Of a stretch of DNA of 48,122 nt, positions 30,204 to 38,226 are shown in pieces (the stretch's first letter is position 1; each line of letters opens with the position of its first letter). The DNA comes from Promethearchaeia archaeon (lineage in GTDB: Archaea; Asgardarchaeota; Lokiarchaeia; Sigyniarchaeales; SOKP01). The notes under the pieces are model-generated. The model searched no databases. It worked only from the letters and a program-made list of their open reading frames with translations, and was not told the DNA's origin. The position numbers and the translations under genes were made by a program. The stretch spans positions 1-48,122 of the forward strand of contig JAHQWH010000045.1 of assembly GCA_029856105.1 (NCBI GenBank), given 5' to 3'.

Positions 30204-31473
30204 TTAAGCGCTCAACAAGGTCTTTGCGTTGGTTTGCCATTCAATGACCATTTTAGAAGAGACTCCGTTAATTTCAGAAGCCACTTTTTCGGGGTCGGAA
30301 CTTACCAACTCTTTTACAGAGCCTACTCCAACCTTTATTAAGTTCTTTGCGGTGCCAGCTCCAATTCCTTTAACATCGATAAGTGAATGCTTACCATTCT
30401 GATCATCGGAAATTTCGCTCTTTTCGTCGTTACTCTCTTCTTCTTCGTACAACGTTTCAACTTCGAAATCTAAGCCTTGAGCTTCGGAGACCTCTCCCTT
30501 TTCCGTATCGGCAATCCCTACGCTCGTGATAAAGAACTCTGCTTCCTCTGGTGGCAAATCTGGTGCGTCAACTATTATCGCTCTGCGTTTTAGCGAATTA
30601 TTCGAAGAGAATCCTTTTGTCTTAAACATAACTCGGAAGTGGCAGCCATGAGCTACTATTTAGAAGCGACTGACGAAACATCTCGTCGCTATTTCCGCCT
30701 ATGGCGTCGTTTCCTGAGAACATTCCCATCATCTTAGTTGAAACCTGATTGGTAAGAAGAACTGCACAGTTGTAAGTCTCTGCAACCCGGGAAAGAGCGT
30801 GTATCATGTTATTTAAAAAGCTTTGTCGGCGAGCTAACATGCCAATACCCACATATTCAGCCCTCAAAAGCGCCATCAAACTGTCTACTACAATTAGACG
30901 CACATTTCGAGTTTTGCATAATGTTTCTGCTTTTTGAATCATTTGCGATTGGTGATCCGACGAATATATTCTAGCGTGATAGATTTGCGATAGAACCTTT
31001 TTCGGTTCGAGTCCAAATCTTTTAGCGATTCTTTTGACTTTTTCCTTAGAGAAAGTGTTCTCGGTGTCGATGTAGGCTACAGTCGAACCTAAACCTCCTT
31101 GTTTTTTAGGAAGCTGGATCGTAACGGCAATAGTATGAGCCAAATTAGTTTTCCCGCTTTTAAACGGTCCATACACTTCGGTCAATTTACCCGTTTGGAA
31201 TCCACCACCTAAAATTCTATTCAGTTCGGAAGAGCCAGTTGTAATATATTCAGTATTCTCATAGATCTCCTCGGCTGGTATGAACTCAGTCATACCCAAA
31301 GCGTTTCGCGCGTTCCAAATCAGTTTCTTGGCGGTCTTATCTCCTAACCCGTCTATCTCAGATATGATGTTATGTGGTGACATTGCTAAAGCTTCCGCCG
31401 TGCTAATACCGCTTTCTTGCATGAGTTTTATCTGTCGTGCGTTGATCCCTTTTACTAAATCTAAATCAGACGT
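30204..31473 (-). CDS. radA: RadA/Rad51-family recombinase with extra C-terminal HhH domain; join(31473..30691, 30659..30204), 412 aa if started at ACG 31473
   Basis: N-terminal HhH, ITTGS.ELN.ILGGG, Walker A GPFKSGKT, YIDTENTF, LIVVDS, LRAEY.G...LA.RQ, TNQV; after removing 31 nt: AIGGNIVAHGCHFRV...VDAPDLP.EEAEF.IT..GI.D. Confidence 0.9.
30660..30690 (-). other. candidate 31-nt bulge-helix-bulge (archaeal-type) pre-mRNA intron in radA
   Basis: GGAA/UUCU 4-bp helix, bulges AU^A and AA^A, intron stem GCGAC/GUCGC, exon stem GCCAU/AUGGC; the cuts restore frame and motif. Confidence 0.82.
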
Positions 31474-31528
31474 TTTTTTCTATCAACTCCATGTTGTAAT
31501 TTGAATTAAATCAGATTAGCCACAGTTA

Positions 31529-31544
31529 TTAATAAAGAAAAAAA
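31529..31544 (-). promoter_or_regulatory. T-rich element + TATA box of radA (TTTTTTTCTTTATTAA)
   Basis: Same motif upstream of the FEN1 paralogue (24708-24725); lies in a divergent intergenic region, so not a terminator. Confidence 0.6.
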
Positions 31545-31683
31545 TAAGGTGTAAAAATCAAAAATTACCCCCAATGCCTAGAATTAACTTTAAATAGTTG
31601 ATATTATTATGTCATCTTGAAATTTTTTGTCAAAAATGTCAAAAGAATTTTCAATAATTTCAATAAGAGAGGTAAAATGATAA

Positions 31684-31989
31684 ATGGTTAACTTTTTAAC
31701 AATAATTACTTTTCCTGGAGAAAAGTCAGAAGAAATTGGAAAACTCTTACCTAAATTGCCTAAGTTACCAGACTTTGTCAAACCCCCCCAAATTTTTACG
31801 ACGATTTCAAACGATAATGGAGAAGTTAAAGCTTATGGACTTTATGAAGTGGAAGACAACAAATCTCATGAAGGTTATGTCGCAATTGCAAAGCGTATGA
31901 CAGGTTACTTTGAAGCTGAAGGTGTAAAGTATAAAATAGAAAAATTGATGAGTATAAAGGAATCCTTATCTCTACTTGGCCTTGGGTAA
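31684..31989 (+). CDS. hypothetical protein
   Basis: 101-aa ORF with GAGGT RBS. Confidence 0.7.
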   Translation: MVNFLTIITFPGEKSEEIGKLLPKLPKLPDFVKPPQIFTTISNDNGEVKAYGLYEVEDNKSHEGYVAIAKRMTGYFEAEGVKYKIEKLMSIKESLSLLGLG

Positions 31990-32115
31990 ATATAGCAATA
32001 TTCATATTCAATAAGCAAATTAAATCTTTTTTTTTTATTTACTACACTTTCATTTTCTTTCCAAATTTGCTCACGACAAAATTGAAATTGGAAAATAAAA
32101 ATAGTGTTAGGCTCT

Positions 32116-32238
32116 TTATAATTTCCCGCGTTGCTCAATATCTCGACATACTTCTACTAAATGCTCAAATAGAACTTCCCTGGTCCATTTAGATAAATCT
32201 ATGTCAATTTTTTTGAGTTTTTCTGCTAATTTTTTCAT
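32116..32238 (-). pseudogene. ribbon-helix-helix-like remnant (MKKLAEKLKKIDIDLSKWTREVLFEHL...)
   Basis: Helix pair resembles CopG/VapB RHH; a strand-like IVRRSITL lies just upstream in a different frame. Confidence 0.35.
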
Positions 32239-32444
32239 AGGGTAATCGATCTTCTAACGATGTGTTTATACTCGTAATATAAAAAATAATCTTTAAAGAA
32301 TTAATTCAAAAATCGCTTGTTTGTATCAAAGTCATGGAACAACTGATAATAAGAATATTTATAAGAAATATCAAAAACGACGAGCTATGCTAAAATTCTT
32401 TCAATTTTAATAATTTTTAAATTAATTTCCTAAATATTAAGCGT

Positions 32445-32822
32445 TCACAGTTCTTGCTCAGAAAAAGCTGATAATTCTTTTAAAAACTCTTGCGGGGTAA
32501 TGCCGTGAGTTAAAACCTTATGCCACATTCTAATGTTTTGCGAATGAAAATTCACCTTTCCTTTATCTAAATTTTTGGCAAATTCAAGAATGGTATCCTC
32601 TATGGAGAATTTGGACCTATCTCGGGCCCCAAAGAATTCCCCAAACGCGAAGAATATGTTTATGATCATCTCGATGTCCTCGTCTGAGAATCGCTGCCTA
32701 CACAGATTACAAATAATGCCGAGCTTTAAGCGGGATTGATAGAATCTATGGCGATCTTTTATGTCGGCTCGACAGATCGAACATTTTATTTCGTTCGTGA
32801 TAGTGGTATTTGGCGCATTCAT
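32445..32822 (-). CDS. zinc-finger protein, paralogue of 13802-14185
   Basis: CSIC...CNLC, FSDEDIEMIINIFFAFGEFFG, HGITP. Confidence 0.7.
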   Translation of the reverse strand: MNAPNTTITNEIKCSICRADIKDRHRFYQSRLKLGIICNLCRQRFSDEDIEMIINIFFAFGEFFGARDRSKFSIEDTILEFAKNLDKGKVNFHSQNIRMWHKVLTHGITPQEFLKELSAFSEQEL

Positions 32823-32915
32823 CGTAAATTATATTCTTCACCAATGTATTTAAAGGAAAAGGAAAATTGGTGCATTAAAATTTTGCCTTTATATAATTGG
32901 AAACGCTAACCCTTA

Positions 32916-33626
32916 TTACAAATTTACGATTCCAGATTCTCCAATTTCGTAGACAAATTTCGTAGAGGTACCTTTCGAACTAACTTCCATCTGTTTTAAA
33001 CCCGTCCCTATGGCTTTCGATAAGTTGACATTTATCGAGTCAATTCTATCGTATAACTTGCTAAAAAAAGGTTTTGTCTTGCCTGAGCTAGGATGGAAAG
33101 AAACTTCGTGGATCAATATTAGAATTATTTTCTCTCTTAGGCAACGCATTATCAATGGAAACAACTGAAAGTTGAAAAACTCGTCCATAATAGCGCCCCG
33201 TCTTTTAAAATTCGAGTTAGAAGCGAGGAAATAGCGCAAATAATGGGAAATATTGTCGATAACGATAATCTTTACGTTATTTGGAAAAATCATGGTCATT
33301 AATCGCCTGAAGTAAGCCGATTGTTCTTGGTAGTTCGAAAAAGATTTTATTCCAGGGGCTACAAAAATGTTTTTCAGAACGTAATTGATTATATCAGGAT
33401 AACTTTCATAAAGCGATCTTAACCTTTTTTTAGGAAATTGTTCGCTGGCTTGTATCCAGATGCTTTGGTCTTGATAAGGTTTTTCGAGCGTCATAAGGGA
33501 GCTAACAAATTGCAGAGCCAAGGTAGTTTTTCCCGTACCAGATTTACCAGCGATCGATATAAGACCATTGCTCTTAGATAAATCAAAAATATGAGAAATA
33601 ATCGCCGATTTTTCGAGCTCAATCAC
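32916..33626 (-). CDS. RadB-like RecA-fold ATPase (RadA paralogue lacking the N-terminal domain)
   Basis: GKSGTGKTTLALQ, E.F..KRL, IIVIDNIS, ILIHEV. Confidence 0.78.
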   Translation of the reverse strand: MIELEKSAIISHIFDLSKSNGLISIAGKSGTGKTTLALQFVSSLMTLEKPYQDQSIWIQASEQFPKKRLRSLYESYPDIINYVLKNIFVAPGIKSFSNYQEQSAYFRRLMTMIFPNNVKIIVIDNISHYLRYFLASNSNFKRRGAIMDEFFNFQLFPLIMRCLREKIILILIHEVSFHPSSGKTKPFFSKLYDRIDSINVNLSKAIGTGLKQMEVSSKGTSTKFVYEIGESGIVNL

Positions 33627-33655
33627 GATTTAATCACCATCTAAGATTTTTACTT

Positions 33656-34006
33656 TTAATCGCTATTCAATAAGTCTAAAACTTCTCTCTGAGTTTTATC
33701 TATCTCTTCTCGACGCTTCTGGCTCTCCTCGGATATTTCCCTCGAAGCGCTCGAGCCTTGGGGATTGTTAGAAAGTAGTTGTTGGAGCATAATTAGTGCC
33801 ATTAAATCGTCGAAGTTTCTATCTTGCGAAGTTTGATTTCCGCCAATGAAAGCCCTTAGTAGACCGTTCCCGTTGCCACTTTTTCTCGCTTTGTAGAACA
33901 AATAGAAGAACAGTCCTACACCGATAATAACTAAGGTGTAAACTGGTTCTCTTTGGTAAAACATCAACATTGCGACTACGACCGCCACTAAACAAAACCC
34001 TTTCAC
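33656..34006 (-). CDS. small membrane protein with C-terminal coiled coil
   Basis: Two TMs; GTG start directly after the upstream stop. Confidence 0.7.
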   Translation of the reverse strand: MKGFCLVAVVVAMLMFYQREPVYTLVIIGVGLFFYLFYKARKSGNGNGLLRAFIGGNQTSQDRNFDDLMALIMLQQLLSNNPQGSSASREISEESQKRREEIDKTQREVLDLLNSD

Positions 34007-34768
34007 TTACCATTGCGCCTCTTTTTCTTGTAATTTCCTTGGAGCGAACATTTTAAACCTTCTTTTTCGAGTTAGTAACCTTATGCTCGGAAATCTATAC
34101 CCTCTTAAAGCCTTGAAGCTGCTGACGAATATCGAAACAACGATTTTCAAAACGAAATAGCCCAATACAACGAAAAAGAAGTATTCGATGTAGTATAGAA
34201 CTTCGAACGGTAAGTATATAAAATAGAGGTCTACGAAAAACCATACGATAGTTCCTGACGCGACGACTAAAGCTATCTGATAAAAAGAATAACTCGGGTC
34301 CTTTCTAAAAGTTTTGCCGATAACTTTCATGTCTTGCCCCGAAGGTTCGGAACCGATAAAAAGCGAAACGCAGAAAACGGTGGCGACTACATCTACCCAT
34401 GGATCAGTATCTAAATTGAAAATGATGTCTAAGCAGAAGAGAAAAAGGAAGGTCGACACGAACAACGGGGCTACGCTGATAAAAAAGGTTTGTAATAATG
34501 AATTTCGCTCGAATTCAGGTAAGTCGACCGAACCGTGAGGAGCGACCCTCCCTTTATCTTCGCTGCGATATTTAACTTTTATTTTGCCGGTTTTGACGCC
34601 AAACATAACACAGAAAACGTAGTGGGCCACTTCGTGGACAAAAATCCCAACGAAGGCTAATAAATGCAGAAAAGCTTTGAAACCCGGTGTGTGAGCGCGT
34701 CTATACCAAGATTGAATTGTGATAGAAACGACTAGCATAAAGAACAACCAAAAAAATAAGTCCAGCAT
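34007..34768 (-). CDS. membrane zinc metalloprotease, M50/DUF3267-like
   Basis: VHEVAH (HExxH) in a TM, SVAPL, PSGQD. Confidence 0.78.
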   Translation of the reverse strand: MLDLFFWLFFMLVVSITIQSWYRRAHTPGFKAFLHLLAFVGIFVHEVAHYVFCVMFGVKTGKIKVKYRSEDKGRVAPHGSVDLPEFERNSLLQTFFISVAPLFVSTFLFLFCLDIIFNLDTDPWVDVVATVFCVSLFIGSEPSGQDMKVIGKTFRKDPSYSFYQIALVVASGTIVWFFVDLYFIYLPFEVLYYIEYFFFVVLGYFVLKIVVSIFVSSFKALRGYRFPSIRLLTRKRRFKMFAPRKLQEKEAQW

Positions 34769-34860
34769 AAATTCAAAAAATAATGAGAATTTATAAAGAA
34801 AAAATTAGATTTATGGGAATTGTAAATAATTATCAAACAAAAAACTTCATTAAATCAGGT

Positions 34861-35580
34861 TTAATTGTTCTTAATATTTTCTAACTTCCTAGCTTCTTTT
34901 CGACAGTAAGCAATATATTTTTTGGCGTTATTGCCTAATTCATTAGTCAAGATTTCTGGAATCTGATTACTATAGAGAACTAAACTTTGTAGATTATCGA
35001 GGGATTCCAAACCCTTGATCTCGGTAATCTGATTATTATTAAGATTTAAACGTTGTAGACTATCGAGGGATTTCAAACCCTTGATCTCGCTAATTTGATT
35101 TCTATTAAGATCTAACTCTTGTAGATTAACGAGGGATTCCAAACCCTTAATCTCGGCAATCCGATTAAAACTAAGACTTAAATCTTGTAGATCAGCGAGG
35201 GATTCCAAACCCTTGATCTCGGTAATCTGATTAAGAGAAAGATATAACTCTTTTAGATTAGCGAGGGATTCCAAACCCTTGATCTCGGTAATCTGATTCC
35301 CACCAAGATTTAAATGTTTTAGATTAGCGAGGGATTCCAAGCCCTTAATCTCGGTAATCTGATTCCCACCAAGATCTAAACCTCGTAAATTATCGAGGGA
35401 TTCCAAACCCTTGATCTCGGTAATCTGATTCCCACCAAGATCTAAAACTTTTAGATTAGCGAGGGATTCCAAACCCTTAATGTCGGAAATGTCTTTAATA
35501 TTCATCTTTGAAAGATCCAAAATTATATCTTTCTCTACTTCAATCTTCTCTCCGTGTACTATAACAAATTGCAACCCCAT
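34861..35580 (-). CDS. leucine-rich repeat protein (SDS22-like 22-aa LRR)
   Basis: Tandem LESL.NL..L.L..NQITEIKG repeats. Confidence 0.95.
   Translation of the reverse strand: MGLQFVIVHGEKIEVEKDIILDLSKMNIKDISDIKGLESLANLKVLDLGGNQITEIKGLESLDNLRGLDLGGNQITEIKGLESLANLKHLNLGGNQITEIKGLESLANLKELYLSLNQITEIKGLESLADLQDLSLSFNRIAEIKGLESLVNLQELDLNRNQISEIKGLKSLDSLQRLNLNNNQITEIKGLESLDNLQSLVLYSNQIPEILTNELGNNAKKYIAYCRKEARKLENIKNN
34975..35485. repeat. 66-bp tandem repeat encoding LRR units (8 copies of the GAGGGATT core)
   Basis: Core at 34999, 35065, 35131, 35197, 35263, 35329, 35395, 35461. Confidence 0.92.
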
Positions 35581-35867
35581 TTTTTTTGTCTCCTCTTTTA
35601 ATTCATGTCATGAGTTTTATATTGTTCGCTGCGAATTTATAACTTGTTATTATTGTAATAGGACGCGAAATAATAAAAAGTTAAAAGAAAAAAAAGAGAA
35701 GTAATAAACGATATTAAATTAATCGAAGACTTAGAAAAAAGACTTGAAGTTAGAGAATTAAAAATAGGAGGAATTATACATAGTGGTGTAAGAGCGGAAA
35801 GTAATATCAAAATTGTTCTCTAAGAAAATGAATTTCTTCTCTTGTAGATTTCTTTAATAAATCAGAA

Positions 35868-36098
35868 CTAATCGCTTTTTTTGAAGGCACGAATAAAGGC
35901 TAGCTTTTCTTTAACCGTTAAAATATTCGAAGGATCGTCGATAGTTAACAGGTCTTCTTCGTCAAATCGCTCTCCGCACTCTGTGCATTCGAGTTCGGCT
36001 CCAGACTCCCACGTAAACCTAATCATCTTCTTAGACTTACATCGCGGGCAACTAAATTTTTCGAACCGAAAATCTTCACCTTTCTCCAAACGCTCCAA
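35868..36098 (-). CDS. small zinc-ribbon protein
   Basis: CPRC...CTEC. Confidence 0.7.
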   Translation of the reverse strand: MERLEKGEDFRFEKFSCPRCKSKKMIRFTWESGAELECTECGERFDEEDLLTIDDPSNILTVKEKLAFIRAFKKSD

Positions 36099-36776
36099 CT
36101 CTTTTTTTCGAATTTCCTTTAATTATTAATCTTATTTTAATTATTTAATTTCTTTGACTTTTATATAAAAAAATGATAGAAAGTATAAGGTTTTAGTAGA
36201 AATGACCTGATTTTTTCTAGCAAAACTTCTTTTAGTTCCATTAAGACACTATCAGAAAGATTTAAAGAAAAATACAATTTTTAAGAGGTGTTTAAAAAGA
36301 AATTTATCGATAAGATAAGTGTAAGAATAAATATGATATTCATTTAATTCACTACAACGGGAGACTTAGGAAAAGTCGAAGAAAAATAATCCAATTTTAA
36401 TGATTTATAAAATAATCTTTCAATTCGATTGGATTTTAATTCTATTAAGATTATTATCATAATCAATTTAAAATATCAATATTAAATTAATTGGAGCATT
36501 CAAATTTTTTTAATTTCTCAATTTAATCTGTAAATTTGACAATCGTGAAAAAGTGATTTTCTTATTTTTATGATAGAATTGCAAAATTGTGTTTTTCATA
36601 AAAAAACTTAATTTTAATCTTCTAAATATGGAATCTTTCTATAGAAATAAATGAATTTCAGGAGATTTAATTCCATTTTCGCTTCAAATTTCATTATTTA
36701 CGCTTTTATACGCTTTCTTTTTGAACTTTTTACCAAATTGCAAATCTTAATATAGCATACTGGTGATCTTCATTGT

Positions 36777-38075
36777 TTGAAAAAAAAAATTAAAAAAAAG
36801 TTAGTGATTAAAAAAAAAATGGCAACCCACGAATTAGTAAAAATCGATTCGCTAGAAGTCGACTCCGCTCAAAACCCTTTGGAGCGCTGCGATATTTGCG
36901 GTTCTTGCGATATTGTCGAAACTCGCGAGGGCTACACCTGTCGTGACTGTGGTATCGTTCTGGAAGTTCAGAAATTAGAGTACCACAGACCGTATGACGC
37001 CGACATCGTTCAATACGCCGTTTTAGGTAAAACACAAATGGGGTACAAAAGCGAAAGGCGCGCAACAAAAAATTCCGTTAGGCTCGAAGGGTTAAACAAG
37101 TTAGACTCTCAATGTACGAGCGAAGAAAACGTTGTAATTTCGGCAAAGATTTTGATAAAAAGCATTTTAACAAACCTTGACTTTCCTCTGAACGACTTTG
37201 TTAGCATTTTAGAAACCTTCAAAAAGATTCGAGCTCAATTAGGAAAAGGCACGAAATACAGGAGCACCGAAATGTTAATCCCTTGCGTGATTTATTTTTA
37301 TTACAAGCATAACAATACGCCCATAAGCGAAAAAGAATTATTAGAAGTTTCGAAAATTTCTAAAAAAGATTTCAACGAGTTCAAGATTCCTATGGCAAGC
37401 TTATGGCCGCAATACAAAGAAAGAGACCGCAAGGAATACATAATCCAAAGAATTTTAGAAATTACCGAGCACTTTGATTTGGGAATGCCGTTTTATTACC
37501 AGTCTTACAAGATTTTATCTCGGTTTTACGAGAAAATTAAAAACACGAAGGACGACGTAATAGTGGGTCTCGTGACCTCCATCACTCTTCTCTGTTCTCA
37601 AGCCGAGGGAGTGAGCGTCTCAGCTCTTTGCGAGAGGTTAGGGATCAAAATGTCGACGATCCACAGGCAAGTGGAGAGGAGAATTATAGAGAGATTTAGA
37701 GTTCCAGGTTTTAGAAGTTTAGTAAAATCCGCTGGTTTGTTAAAGAAAGTTATGACTAAATTAGGAGTGCTCGACTCTACTTTTATCGATGTAGACGGAG
37801 AATCAGTCAATTACGAAGATTCCCTCGTTGATGGCGCCGACATCATCCAAGTAGTCTTAGGGAACGCGACCCATGTGTTTAACCACTTAAACGAGAGCAA
37901 TGATTTTTACCTATTCTTAAAAGACATTCATGGGTACTTATTTGCGACCATCATTCAGAATCATAACAATTACATTGATAACGATAGAAAAGTAGAAAAT
38001 TGTGAAAACAAAAGATTTGTTAAGCTAGAATTGTGGAGGTATTACAACCCCACGGGGCCCCCTTTGACTTGTTAG
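36777..38075 (+). CDS. divergent transcription initiation factor IIB (TFB) paralogue
   Basis: Zn ribbon CDICGS..IV....YTCRDCGIVL, two cyclin-like repeats (YRSTEMLIPCVIY; VSALCERLGIKMSTI), long C-terminal extension. Confidence 0.8.
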   Translation: MKKKIKKKLVIKKKMATHELVKIDSLEVDSAQNPLERCDICGSCDIVETREGYTCRDCGIVLEVQKLEYHRPYDADIVQYAVLGKTQMGYKSERRATKNSVRLEGLNKLDSQCTSEENVVISAKILIKSILTNLDFPLNDFVSILETFKKIRAQLGKGTKYRSTEMLIPCVIYFYYKHNNTPISEKELLEVSKISKKDFNEFKIPMASLWPQYKERDRKEYIIQRILEITEHFDLGMPFYYQSYKILSRFYEKIKNTKDDVIVGLVTSITLLCSQAEGVSVSALCERLGIKMSTIHRQVERRIIERFRVPGFRSLVKSAGLLKKVMTKLGVLDSTFIDVDGESVNYEDSLVDGADIIQVVLGNATHVFNHLNESNDFYLFLKDIHGYLFATIIQNHNNYIDNDRKVENCENKRFVKLELWRYYNPTGPPLTC

Positions 38076-38226
38076 CGCTGCTTTCATACTTCTTTTATTC
38101 TAATCTTCTTTCTATTTATCTTTCTGCTTATTCTTTAGTAATACATCTCTCTTTTTTCTTCTCGGAAAATTTTAGAATTACGATTGAGAGCTAATAATTA
38201 GAAATTAGAAAAAATCGAAAAAATAA

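Noticed and set aside
30656-30694. AAATAG direct repeat as a target-site duplication of a mini mobile element
   Set aside because: Excision between the repeats removes 33 nt and stays in the wrong frame; only the 31-nt removal restores the protein.
30204-31422. radA as two separate genes, a plain pseudogene, or a programmed frameshift
   Set aside because: A simple indel or slip would leave about 10 foreign residues inside GGN-IVAH. The break is a discrete 31-nt structured insert whose BHB cut sites restore the motif, and both halves are otherwise intact.
30622-31422. Intein in RadA
   Set aside because: No in-frame insertion and no C/S...HN splice motifs.
34975-35485. CRISPR array (66-bp period)
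   Set aside because: The units are in-frame LRR codons with related 'spacers', and there are no cas genes. The same applies to the repeats at 38460-38810.
36130-36770. ncRNA or replication origin in the long intergenic region
   Set aside because: AT-rich with no stable stems, ORB-like repeats or adjacent cdc6 recognisable; treated as the regulatory region of the TFB paralogue.
38050-38075. C-terminal TGPP of the TFB paralogue as a ribosome-arrest motif
   Set aside because: It lacks the Arg of RAPP/RGPP motifs, and there is no co-oriented downstream gene to regulate.
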